NCBI GenBank assembly: GCA_965208905.1
Contig: OZ242365.1
Location: 704,001-768,000 of the forward strand
DNA: 64,000 bases
Direction: 5' to 3'
DNA from: Nitrosopumilaceae archaeon
Lineage (GTDB): Archaea > Thermoproteota > Nitrososphaeria > Nitrososphaerales > Nitrosopumilaceae
The number at the start of each line of letters is the position of its first letter. Position 1 is the stretch's first letter. A program made the translations under genes and the position numbers. The notes beneath the pieces are model-generated. The model saw nothing but the letters and a program-made list of their open reading frames with translations. It made no database searches and was not told the DNA's origin. Positions 10,190-21,500 of this stretch are shown piece by piece.

Positions 10190-13100
10190 TTACGGTACGC
10201 GTGATCTAACGGACATGCGGCCATTCTACAACTCTGATGTGCGGACTGCAATCAGTCACATTTGTAGCAAAGATATGTTTGTCATAATAATTGTCGCCAG
10301 CGTACTTGCGTATACGATTCCGGATGTCGTACCTGTCGCATATGCGGACAACACATTGTATGTATCTGCCGAGAGTGACATGTTTGAGAACCACTTTGTT
10401 GGTGCTCAGGTCATTGAGGTCATTGTTGCTAATGATCAATACACAAACCGTAATGTGTCATTCATGCCTACCGTGACCGTAAATAACAACCCACTTTTAA
10501 TGGTACAGGCCCAAAGCGGTAACTGGTACGGCTACTTTGTTGAGATGGACAAGGCTAAGGTGGCTAGTGCAAACGGCGCCATATACTATGGCGAAATGAC
10601 CGAGATACAATATGATTTCAGTACCGTCTTGAACCTGTATTTGCTGGAGTGGCCATTTGATGAAGCATATGGTCACTATGCACTCAAAGAGCCAGCAGTC
10701 GGACATCTTATCTTTGGAGAGTACTATTATAGTGGGACGCCAATACTTGCATATAGTTTTACTGAAGGTGATGATGTTGAGGTAAAGCTACACAACGGCG
10801 CATCAACAGAGTCTGTAACTCTCAGATATGATACTGTAGAAGATTACGCTGGCTTGCTACTTGATAGAGGCACATACCCCCAAAATGCTCATGTCCACAT
10901 TGCCATTACCGATACGTGGTTGAATATTGACCCGACATCTGAAGATATCTGGACCATGACTACTGGAGATGACCCTAGTCTATACTATGGTGTAGATAAT
11001 GTTGGTGATGTAGCGGTTGATACTTTCGATTTGATGTGTGATGTTAACTGTGTTTTAATAGTCAACAAAGATCTGCAGAATCAGGGTGATGTGTTAGAGC
11101 TATCACCGAATTTTGATAGGTACAGATTAACTGATACTGATATAGAACAGTTCTCTATTAGATTTGGAGAGGTTTCTCCCAACTCTGGTGTCTTTACAAA
11201 CAGTGATGATTATGGTGGGGCAAACGTAGTGATAACCGATACAGCCAGAAGGGGTACTACTGCTACCATTGACTATAATGATTCCCCAATTGATATTGCA
11301 GTCGCTAACAGCTTTGCTCGTATTGACATACAATTACAGGACGATACATGGAACTCTGGTGAAGAGATTCCAGTAATTATCGAAGATGATGATGCCAACA
11401 GGAATGGTGCTTGGAGTGAAAGTATGGTGGTGTCTGACCCCAAATCCATCATTCCAACACTAGTCATTGGCAGTCCAATCACACTGGATGATAATTCCAT
11501 GTATAGTACTGGCGATGATAACTACATGAGTACTGAAACCACAACCTTCTCAAAGAGGGGTAGTGTCAGTGTTGATGGCAACACCTTGGTCTTACACTAT
11601 GACGGTCAACCATTAAACCTGCTTGACCATGGGCCTGACTTTGAAGGCTTTATCTACTTTAACTATCACTTTGAGTCTCTAACCGAAGATTCGGTTAGTG
11701 TTACATTGACCAATGCCGACAGCGTTGATGCCGTAGTAGCTGATAACTGCATGACCGATAATATTGGTATGACACTAGACTGTCTTGTGGTAGCTGGGGC
11801 TATAACATCCTCACAAAGCGATGACATTCTAGACTTTGACGAGATTCCAGACTTTGGTAGTGATGCATGTAGCGCCACACTTGTGGATGACGGAGATGCG
11901 ATTGGCTACTTGAACGTAGATGATGCTCTTGGTATGTTAGACAACTGTAATGACAATGATGACATTGTCCTTGTGGTTAATGGCATGCTTGAGGGTGATC
12001 ATGCACCTGTTGTAGCCGACTTTATGGCCTTTGGATACACTGATGATGGAGTTCAAGGCAGCGAACGTGTTGCAGACCAAATTATCAGAATAGAGGCTGA
12101 AGAGACCGATGATAACACAGGTGTCTTTGAAGGTTCTCTGGAGTATATCATGGTGAATCAGTTGAATGTCCTAGATCAAGACACTTATGACAGTGTTGAT
12201 CCTATTAGCGATGCACCTATCTTCATAGTATTTGAAGATATGACCGATGAGAATGCACCAAAAGTCACATACCTAGACTTGGGCGCCGATGGCGTTTACA
12301 CACAGATATCTGACAGCCAGGATGTCCCTTCACACTCTGGTGTCGTAACATTTGATTCTGGCAATTACAAGATTGCCGATACTGTCACAGTTACTCTAAA
12401 CGACCCAGACTTGAACACAGATTCAGAACTTATTGATATCTATACCGTAGTGCGTGATAGCGACTCAAGTGTTTTTGGAAAAGTTGGATCTGACTTGGGA
12501 GTTAAAGAGACGTTTGGTGATCTAGGCAGATTACTGGATATTACGTTTGATAATTGGGACTGGCCAAGTGCTAGCAATTGTGATTTCAATGGTAATGCCG
12601 ATGGTCTTCAAGCAACCGGCTTTTCGCTAGTTGAGACCGGCGTTGCAACCGGCATCTTTACTGGTGACTTCCAAATACCAGCAGAATGGTGTTATGACGG
12701 CTGGCTTGAGTCTACTGCTGGGTATGACATCCAAGTCAACTATGTAGACTTTAGAGATGAATCTGGTGACATCATGGAAGTGGGCGACAGCTCTGCTGTT
12801 GGAGCACACACCGGCTCTGTCTCGCTCGACAGAACCGTTTATCCGGTACCGTTTGGTTTGCCTGAGAACTTTGGTCATGATAAAGACCACGAGGCCGATC
12901 CAGACAACGAATCATTCTTCCCCATACACTCTACAGGATTTGATGGTGACAGCGGTTTGAAGTATATCAACGCTGGTGACCTCACAATCCATGTACGAGT
13001 AACTGATACTGACTATGATGTATCTGCCACCAGTCAGGATACGATTAGTCAGGCAGTTGAGGGCACAGATCACACTGGTCCCGTCAAAGTGATGGTAAAG

Positions 13101-16061
13101 AGAGGCTCATCCTATCTTGTGTTAGGTTATGCAGGAGGTCCGGAGGAGACCGGCGATAGAGCAGGATTCCTCAAGACCGACTCTGATACTGTAAGACAGT
13201 TCGGACCAATCCAGGAGATTGCTCCTGATGCAGGAGTCTTTGAGATTGACATTGAGCTTGCGTATACTGACGGTCCCTCTAGTGGTGACTGTCCAATTAC
13301 AGCTCCAGATGGCTATCCAGACTATCTAACCGATGATGGTTATGATGACAAACGATTTGCCACAAGTGCTCACTTCTGTATACTACAAGGCGATACGCTT
13401 GAAGTAGAGTACAGAGACCCACTTGACGCATCTGGTGATCCAAACACTGTCACAGATTCAGCAACCTTCGATCTACGAAATGGTGTGCTACAATCTGACA
13501 AGAGCCAATATGTTATTGGTACTGACATGATACTGACACTCATTGAGCCCGACTTTGACTTAGACAACGACCAAGCCGAGACCTACGACCTTGACCTGAT
13601 TGAATGGGACTCTGATGCTGCTACACTCACCATGGGTGACAGTGGCGGAGAAGACACTGCATTTGATCCGGTACCGATGTACTTTATAGAGACTGGTGAT
13701 AGTACTGGTATATTTCAGACTATAATTCGGATACCTACCGAGCTTGAGGGCGATGCATTGGATAGAGGCGAGGTTATCACACTCGAGTATGTAGACTGGG
13801 GCCCTGCAGACGCTAATTATGTTGGTGATGCAGACAAGAATATACGACTTGTGGTGTCAACTACTGACTTTGGTGCTACCATGGAACTAGACAAAAAGGT
13901 TTACACGTGGACCGACAAGGTCTACATCACTCTAGTATCTTCTGACCACAACTATGACAGCGACTTGGTGGACGAGATTGGCGACACATCAACATATCCA
14001 CTAAAGATATCTACACGTGGTTATGCACTTGATAGATACAAATTGGTTGAAACAGGTACGGACACCGGCATCTTTACTGGTGAGATAGTTCTGACTGGGT
14101 TCTTAGCTCACGATGCGGACGGTGACGGTGTACAGAATGACGCTGATGGTGAGACCGGCGGTGATGGACCCACTGGTGGGAGACTTCAAACCGCCAACGA
14201 TGATAGCCTCTCTGTATCGTTTGAATACGGTGAGGGTATAACCGTCACTACATCTGCCCTAATTCACTGGAGTATCGGTGAGGTACAATGGCTCGAACCA
14301 AGCTATTCGGTTAACGGCGCCGGAGTAGTTCAAGTTATAGACCCGGACATGAATCTACATCCGGAATATGTCGATAACTTTGAGGTCAACGTCTGGTCTG
14401 ATTCGGATGCCGGCGGTATTGATTTGACTGTATCAGAGACAAATAGGGCGACAGGCGTTTTCGAGGGAATCGTACACTTTACAACCGAGGAGACCTCTGG
14501 GAATCACCTCAAGGTTGCCGAGGGTGATACTGTTACCGCTGGGTATGAAGACCGCACACTTCCAGACCCATACGATATACGAGATGATCTTGATGTCACT
14601 GATACCGCACTAATTGGCAGTACTGTGATATCAGCGGTTGGAGAGACCGTAGTGCTTAACACAAAAGGATCATCTGTACCTGGTTGTGAGGTGACCAACG
14701 ACTGCTTTGTGCCTCCTGTAGTCACCATAAATATGGGCGAGAAGATAGTCTGGAAGAATGTTGATACTGCAGCCCACACTGTCACCAGTGGTGTACTGGC
14801 TGATGGTGGCCCAGATGGCGTATTCGATAGTGGCCTGTTTGTTCCAGATACTGAATTCTCTTATACATTTGACACACTAGGCGAATATCCGTACTTTTGT
14901 CTTGTCCACCCGTGGATGGCGGGTATGATAGTCGTCCAAGAAACTGTAGATGATACTCCATCGGGTCAACCATACGTTAACATAGAGAACAACTTTTTCA
15001 TGGAGTTTCCTAAAGAGTGGTCTGTCCAAAATATGTACGGTGCAGATCAGCCAACTGTAGCGGCGGTGGGTTCTAGCATTGGTGTGATACCTCCAAGTAT
15101 CGCAGTATACGTTGAAGAGGCCGGTAGTCGCACGCTAAACACTGTTCGCGAAAGTAAATTGGCAGATTTAGAGACACTGGAGGGCAATCTTGAGATTTTA
15201 AATCATGAATTGGTAAGTATAAACAGTTTTGATGCTTTCGTATTGGATGCCACATATGTATTTGATCCGGGCACTGTACTCACGGATATTAAATATCGGG
15301 AAGCGACCATAGTGTCCTCTGGTAAAATCTACACCCTTTTGTTCAGCACAGCCTTGAGTGACTTTGACTCATACGTACACCATTTTACAGAATCGTTAGA
15401 ATCGTTTGGAATAATTATGCGTGAGAGTGATGAATCGCCCCCCCAGCGTACCATACGGGAGACTGATCTACGACTGGAATTTTACGATTCCAAGGGTAAC
15501 CACTACGTATGGACCCTACCCATATCTGCGTATGAGGATGCTGTGTTTGAAAGTCGTCTGAAATCCACATTCCTGGCGCTAAATCCACTACGACTTGATA
15601 TGGATGATGGGGAGACCATAACCACTACCAGACTAGATGGCTTCGTCCGGGGCAGTTTTGACAACGTAATAGATAACGTGTATGACAACTCATATGATAA
15701 TGCTGACTTTATCTGGGAGGTCTGGCATGTAGTATCGCAGTTGACAGTCTATGATGCGGATGTATATCTGCATAGCGAGGGCAGGTTTGCCACTGAGACG
15801 TTCTCACGTGGAGGTGGGGACTGCGAAGATCTGGCCATACTGATAGCGGACATGCTGGCCTCCTCGGAGCATACTGCGGACTGGAGCATTCAGTATCTGT
15901 ATATGGATACGGACAATCCCAAAGATCCGCAGAAGGTAAATCACGTGATGCTGCATGTAGATGATGGTGTACGTACTTACCTGATAGAGGCTACGGGCGA
16001 GCCGAGCTGGGATTACTATCCGGATGGTGTACGTGGATGGTTTATCGATGTCCAAGACTAG
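10155..16061 (+). CDS. S-layer protein paralogue with C-terminal cupredoxin, PsbP-like and transglutaminase-like domains
   Basis: Co-linear with 18565-23418 for about 1480 aa (ETGxxTGIF repeats); then HTVT...CLVHPWM copper site and GDCEDLA/NHV/IEAT triad. True start probably 10179-10275. Confidence 0.85.
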   Translation: MICKRLGKMKINYGTRDLTDMRPFYNSDVRTAISHICSKDMFVIIIVASVLAYTIPDVVPVAYADNTLYVSAESDMFENHFVGAQVIEVIVANDQYTNRNVSFMPTVTVNNNPLLMVQAQSGNWYGYFVEMDKAKVASANGAIYYGEMTEIQYDFSTVLNLYLLEWPFDEAYGHYALKEPAVGHLIFGEYYYSGTPILAYSFTEGDDVEVKLHNGASTESVTLRYDTVEDYAGLLLDRGTYPQNAHVHIAITDTWLNIDPTSEDIWTMTTGDDPSLYYGVDNVGDVAVDTFDLMCDVNCVLIVNKDLQNQGDVLELSPNFDRYRLTDTDIEQFSIRFGEVSPNSGVFTNSDDYGGANVVITDTARRGTTATIDYNDSPIDIAVANSFARIDIQLQDDTWNSGEEIPVIIEDDDANRNGAWSESMVVSDPKSIIPTLVIGSPITLDDNSMYSTGDDNYMSTETTTFSKRGSVSVDGNTLVLHYDGQPLNLLDHGPDFEGFIYFNYHFESLTEDSVSVTLTNADSVDAVVADNCMTDNIGMTLDCLVVAGAITSSQSDDILDFDEIPDFGSDACSATLVDDGDAIGYLNVDDALGMLDNCNDNDDIVLVVNGMLEGDHAPVVADFMAFGYTDDGVQGSERVADQIIRIEAEETDDNTGVFEGSLEYIMVNQLNVLDQDTYDSVDPISDAPIFIVFEDMTDENAPKVTYLDLGADGVYTQISDSQDVPSHSGVVTFDSGNYKIADTVTVTLNDPDLNTDSELIDIYTVVRDSDSSVFGKVGSDLGVKETFGDLGRLLDITFDNWDWPSASNCDFNGNADGLQATGFSLVETGVATGIFTGDFQIPAEWCYDGWLESTAGYDIQVNYVDFRDESGDIMEVGDSSAVGAHTGSVSLDRTVYPVPFGLPENFGHDKDHEADPDNESFFPIHSTGFDGDSGLKYINAGDLTIHVRVTDTDYDVSATSQDTISQAVEGTDHTGPVKVMVKRGSSYLVLGYAGGPEETGDRAGFLKTDSDTVRQFGPIQEIAPDAGVFEIDIELAYTDGPSSGDCPITAPDGYPDYLTDDGYDDKRFATSAHFCILQGDTLEVEYRDPLDASGDPNTVTDSATFDLRNGVLQSDKSQYVIGTDMILTLIEPDFDLDNDQAETYDLDLIEWDSDAATLTMGDSGGEDTAFDPVPMYFIETGDSTGIFQTIIRIPTELEGDALDRGEVITLEYVDWGPADANYVGDADKNIRLVVSTTDFGATMELDKKVYTWTDKVYITLVSSDHNYDSDLVDEIGDTSTYPLKISTRGYALDRYKLVETGTDTGIFTGEIVLTGFLAHDADGDGVQNDADGETGGDGPTGGRLQTANDDSLSVSFEYGEGITVTTSALIHWSIGEVQWLEPSYSVNGAGVVQVIDPDMNLHPEYVDNFEVNVWSDSDAGGIDLTVSETNRATGVFEGIVHFTTEETSGNHLKVAEGDTVTAGYEDRTLPDPYDIRDDLDVTDTALIGSTVISAVGETVVLNTKGSSVPGCEVTNDCFVPPVVTINMGEKIVWKNVDTAAHTVTSGVLADGGPDGVFDSGLFVPDTEFSYTFDTLGEYPYFCLVHPWMAGMIVVQETVDDTPSGQPYVNIENNFFMEFPKEWSVQNMYGADQPTVAAVGSSIGVIPPSIAVYVEEAGSRTLNTVRESKLADLETLEGNLEILNHELVSINSFDAFVLDATYVFDPGTVLTDIKYREATIVSSGKIYTLLFSTALSDFDSYVHHFTESLESFGIIMRESDESPPQRTIRETDLRLEFYDSKGNHYVWTLPISAYEDAVFESRLKSTFLALNPLRLDMDDGETITTTRLDGFVRGSFDNVIDNVYDNSYDNADFIWEVWHVVSQLTVYDADVYLHSEGRFATETFSRGGGDCEDLAILIADMLASSEHTADWSIQYLYMDTDNPKDPQKVNHVMLHVDDGVRTYLIEATGEPSWDYYPDGVRGWFIDVQD

Positions 16062-16558
16062 AAGGGTGGGTTGAGGGCAAGACTTGGATAGTTGTGTATG
16101 TATTCGCCCCCCACTGATCAAACACCGTAGTGACCCCTCGCAAATAATAAGATGCGGCGCGGTTCTGACATACGAGTTTGCGCAAGAGTTACAAAGTTCT
16201 GCATTTATTCAAGAACCGCACATGATCTTTGTTGGTTTGAATCGAACACAGCATCGTACATCTAGGTATAGGGCTCCCCGTGGGGGAAACAGATCAACTG
16301 ATTCCAATCGATACAAGATCTCTTCTATATGATGATGAGTGCCATCCATCTAAAGATGATGAACAGCATTGTCCATCTAGAATGACACATTCCGCAACCA
16401 AAATCTCTACAGTATGAGTACTAGAAGCGTATTATTCATGTATAATACACACATTTGACAGTAGATGGCATGTTACATGCAGAGTTGCGCGCCTCAACAA
16501 ATTTGCAAGATGAATCACATCCCTTAAAACATAAAACAGAGGTTTCCCTTATTATACT

Positions 16559-18295
16559 ATGAATATAAAATTACCAGTAATCTGCATCTCCATATTGCTT
16601 GTAGTTGTAACTCCAGCATTTGCAACACATCCAGAACTTGATGAATTTGGCAAGAGTAAGAAGATGGTGGCCCAAGAGATGGTCGAGCAGACGATATTAT
16701 CATTTGAAGATCGTCCTACCGATACAATATCGATGATAAACGATATGGATAATCTACTATTTCGTGATGGAAGTATCTATGCGTTTATAGTAGATCTCAA
16801 TGGTATCATAGTGGCACATGGCTCCACTCCAGACATGGTGGGAACAAATCTATATGATATAGAAAATTTGGAGAGGCTGTTTGCGCAAGCCTCACCTCAT
16901 GGATGGTGGATACAATATGATTGGGAAAACCCCACACACTCTACAAATGAAGTAAATCTTGCATGGATAAAGACAAAGTGGGGCTACAATTTTGGAGCTG
17001 GAATATATCTGGATGACATACCTGAGCACGACATAGAGTTGACCGAAGATGATAGAGAGCGTCAGAGAGTGGCCCAACATATGGTGGATGAGGCTATTGA
17101 GGCTTATACCACACAACCATCTTTGGCATTATCCATGATACATGATACGAACAACCCATTATTTCATGATCAAGAGCTATACGTTACCATAATACACACA
17201 AATGGAACTATAATAGCAGATGGTAACTACCCTACACTGATAGGCGCCGATATAGAGTTCATTCGAGATACTGCAGGCATTCATTTGGGAGACTTGTTTG
17301 ATGCAAACATCTCATTGTACGGCAGGTGGTTTGAGTATAATTGGCCAAATCCATTTTCATCAGAATCTAGCGCATTAAAGGTTGCTTGGATCAAAATCCT
17401 TGGCGAGTATATGTACACAGTGGGGATGTACCCAGAAGCTCCTGATGAGGAGTATGAGGATGTACTAACACAGTTTGATCAAGACCGTATGAAAACGGCT
17501 CAAATGATGCTTCAGAATGCCATAACAATGTTTGGGACAGATATGAGTCTGACTATTGATGTAATACATGACAAGAATAATCTGTTATTCCATGATGAAG
17601 AGTTGTATGTGGTTATAGCTGATCATACTGGAGATATAGTAGCACATGGCTACACCCCTGATATGGTGGGACAGAACCTGTATAACATAACAGATGGATA
17701 TGGTCTTAATCTAGGGGAGTTGTTTGAAACCAGTACCTATTATGGCAAATGGATTACATACCACTGGCCAAATCCAGATGCAGGAGGTGCTGTACAAGAG
17801 ATGAAGACACTACTGATGAATCGAGGAGGTTACACATTCTCTGTGGGTATATATCCGGGCTATAAGGAGCCATATGATGAGCTGACTCAACATGAGGTGG
17901 ACCGCCGCCATCTGGCCCAAAGTATGGTGGAACATACTATATCCTCATTTACAATGAATCCTACTTTGACAATCGACACAATACATGATGGTACAAACGA
18001 ACTGTACAATGATAATGAACTATACGTTACAATAACACATGTAAACGGCACTGTAATTGCGCATGGACAATCACCAGATCTGGTGGGAGATGATATGGAG
18101 AGTGTCAAAGACGGTAGAGGTGTGTCCCTTGGCGACCTATATGATGACAACCAGTCGATATATGGTAGATGGATTGAGTATCACTGGCCAAATCCTACCG
18201 TCCCTGGCTCTGATGATGAGTCGTATCTGGCATGGTTTAAGGCTAACTCTGACTATATATTCACCTCCGGCATATATCCTGAATATGATGACTAG
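16559..18295 (+). CDS. Secreted protein of four tandem single-Cache (sCache_2-like) domains
   Basis: Signal peptide plus four ~140-aa repeats: LYV.I...G.IVAHG..PD.VG...W..Y.WPNP...GIYP. Confidence 0.75.
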   Translation: MNIKLPVICISILLVVVTPAFATHPELDEFGKSKKMVAQEMVEQTILSFEDRPTDTISMINDMDNLLFRDGSIYAFIVDLNGIIVAHGSTPDMVGTNLYDIENLERLFAQASPHGWWIQYDWENPTHSTNEVNLAWIKTKWGYNFGAGIYLDDIPEHDIELTEDDRERQRVAQHMVDEAIEAYTTQPSLALSMIHDTNNPLFHDQELYVTIIHTNGTIIADGNYPTLIGADIEFIRDTAGIHLGDLFDANISLYGRWFEYNWPNPFSSESSALKVAWIKILGEYMYTVGMYPEAPDEEYEDVLTQFDQDRMKTAQMMLQNAITMFGTDMSLTIDVIHDKNNLLFHDEELYVVIADHTGDIVAHGYTPDMVGQNLYNITDGYGLNLGELFETSTYYGKWITYHWPNPDAGGAVQEMKTLLMNRGGYTFSVGIYPGYKEPYDELTQHEVDRRHLAQSMVEHTISSFTMNPTLTIDTIHDGTNELYNDNELYVTITHVNGTVIAHGQSPDLVGDDMESVKDGRGVSLGDLYDDNQSIYGRWIEYHWPNPTVPGSDDESYLAWFKANSDYIFTSGIYPEYDD

Positions 18296-18564
18296 CTTGT
18301 TTGCTAGATGGTTGGTTCGGGTGTGTCCCACTGGTATAAAGCCCCGGGAGGACCTACACCAGCAGTACAATTGGATGCATCCAGATGATGTCATACCACA
18401 ACAAGAGGACGACCAATGATATAAAACACCAAAATCTAAAATGGATGGAAGATGATATTAATGGGTGTTAGCCATGACCAAGCGCGACATGATTTCAGTT
18501 TAATACCCACAGTCGATTGGTTCATTAGTTTTAAATACAAATAAGGCAAAGAAAGCGCAATAAA

Positions 18565-21500
18565 ATGGAAAACGAAATAATACGAAAATCAACTAGTATT
18601 ACACTTATGGCGATCATGGTCGCTGGCGGACTTACATTTGCTATTCCAGGTGTCCTACCTGCCGCATATGCGGACAACGCATTGTATGTATCTGCCGAAA
18701 GCGAGATGTTCGAGAATTACTTTGTCGGTGCTCAGGTTATTGAAGTCATAGTTAATGATGATCAATACCGAACTGATGAGAACCGCGGAGATTCATACAT
18801 GCCCATTGTGACTGTGGATGATAACCCACTCCCAATGTATCAGGCAACAAGCGGTAACTGGTATGGTTACTTTGTAGAGAAAGATAAAGCAATGGAGGCC
18901 CAAAATGAGAATCTGTTTGACTTTGGTGATCGTGCCGAGTTAAGTACTGATGAGTGTCCTACAGTGGATGACATTGAATGTACCACGGACAACTTCAAGT
19001 TTGAGTTTTCAGAAACAAGAAATGTACTCGCTGAACCTCCAGGCCGTCCTGCAATCTATGCATTCGGCTTTACTGAAGGTAGTGACATCGATGTAGAACT
19101 AGAAAATGGTGCTGATACAGAGACTGTTACACTAAGTTATGATACTGTAGAAGATTACGCTGGATTGATGCTAGATAGAGGTGCATATCCTCAAATGGCC
19201 CATATCCATCTTGAAGTTACTGATGCATGGTTAAACATTGACCCAACATCTGAAGATGTTTGGTACTTTAATACAGTAGAAAATAATGAAGCCTCCTATA
19301 GAGGTACTAGCAATTACGTTGCCCTGCAAGATACAGGTCTAATGTGTGATGATAACTGTGTTTTGCTGATAAACCCTGATAGACAGGGTACAAACGAAAA
19401 TGGTGTTCTAAAAGTCGCAAGCAACATGGATCATGAGTTTGACGATGATGCTGAAAAGAAATACTACCCAATACGCCTTGAGGAGGGTTCGCCTAACTCT
19501 GGTGTCTTTACCAATACCGATGATGATGATGCAGCAAACTTGATGATAACTGACGATGCTAGAAGAGGTACCACTGCTACCATTGACTATAATGATTCCC
19601 CAATTGATATTGCAGTCGCCAACAGCTTTGCTAGTATTGACATACAACTGGACGATGATACATGGAACTCTGGCGAAGAGATTCCAGTAGTGATTACAGA
19701 TGATGATGCCAACAAGAATGGTGCCTCTGATGAGGACATGTTGGTATCTGATCCAGACACGATTATCCCGACACTAGTCACTGGTAGTCCAGTTACCCTA
19801 GATGATAATTCGATGTACAATGCTGATGGCCAATACGCGGATCGTGAAGCCTACATGGACACTGAAACCACGACCTTCTCAAAGAGGGGTACTGTCAGTG
19901 TTGATGGCAACACTCTGGTCTTACTGTACGATAAACAACCGTTAAGCCTGCTTAATCACGGAGATGACTTTAAGGGCTTTGCCTACTTTAACTATCACTT
20001 TGAGTCTGTATCTGATTCAGTCAGCATTACACTGACTAACCTCAACAGCGTTGATGCTGTAGTGGCAAACAATTGTATAAATAACAATTCTCTTGACATG
20101 ACTTTGTCTTGTCTTGAAGACGCTGGTGCAATAAGCTCAGACGATCGAGAAAATTTTCTGGACTTTGATGATATTCCAGACTTTGGTAGCGATGCATGTA
20201 GCGTCACCCTTGTAGATAATGGCGACGCAAGTGGCTATGTAAACATCGATAAATCTCTTAACATGCTAGGTAGTTGTGACGCAGATGAGAGCATTGTCCT
20301 TGTGATAAGCGGTGATATGCTTAATGGTGATGATGCACCCGTTGTCGCTGACTTTATGTCGTTCGGATATAATGATGACGGCGTTCAGGGTAGCGAGCGT
20401 GTTGCAGATCAGATTATCAGAATAGAGGCTGAAGAGACCGATGATAACACAGGTGTCTTTGAAGGCGCACTGGAGTATATCATGGTAAATCAGTTGAATG
20501 TCCTAGATAAAGCCACTTATGACAGTGTTGATCCTATTAGCGATGCACCTATCTTCATAGTATTTGAAGATATGACCGATGAGGATGCACCAAAAGTCAC
20601 ATATCTTGACTTGGGCGCCGATGGCGTTGCAACACAGGTATCTGACAGACAGGAGGCTCCTTCACACTCTGGTATAGTGACATTTGATTCTGGTAATTAC
20701 AAGATTGCCGATACTGTAACAGTTACTCTAAACGACCCAGATTTGAACACAGATTCAGAACTTATCGATATCTATACTGTTGTCCGTCAAGCAGATTCAA
20801 GCGTCTTTGGAAAGGCTGGTGAGGTCTTGACGTATGGAATGCTAGAATACAATCAGGCTGCACAGAATGTAATTGAGGATTGTGAAGATGATAATAATAA
20901 TAGAGCACATCAGGTAGACTGCGAAGCCATAGAGGTTAAAGAAACGTTTGGTGATCTAGGTAGATTGCTTGACATTACCTTTGATGATGCAGATTGGCCT
21001 AAACCTAACACTTCTGGCTGTAGCTTCGGCGGTGATGGCGATGGCCTTCACGCAACCGGCTTCTCCTTAGTTGAGACCGGTGTCGCAACCGGCGTCTTTG
21101 TGGGTGACTTCCAAATACCAGCAAAATGGTGTGAGGATGGTGAGCCTGAGACTACCACTGGATACGACATTGAAGTCAACTATGTAGACTTTAGAGATGC
21201 ATCTGGTGAAATCATTGAAGTGGGTGACAGCTCTGCTGTCGGCGCACACACCGGCTCAGTCTCACTAGACAGAACCGTTTACCCGGTACCGTTTGGTTTG
21301 CCTGAGAACTTTGGTCATGATAGAGACCACGAGGCCGATCCAGACAACGAATCATTCTTCCCCATACACTCTACAGGATTTGATGGTGACAGCGGTTTGA
21401 AGTATATCAACGCTGGTGACCTAACAATCCATATACGAGTAACTGATACTGACTATGATGTATCTGCCACTGGCCAAGATACAATTAGTCAGGCAGTTGA

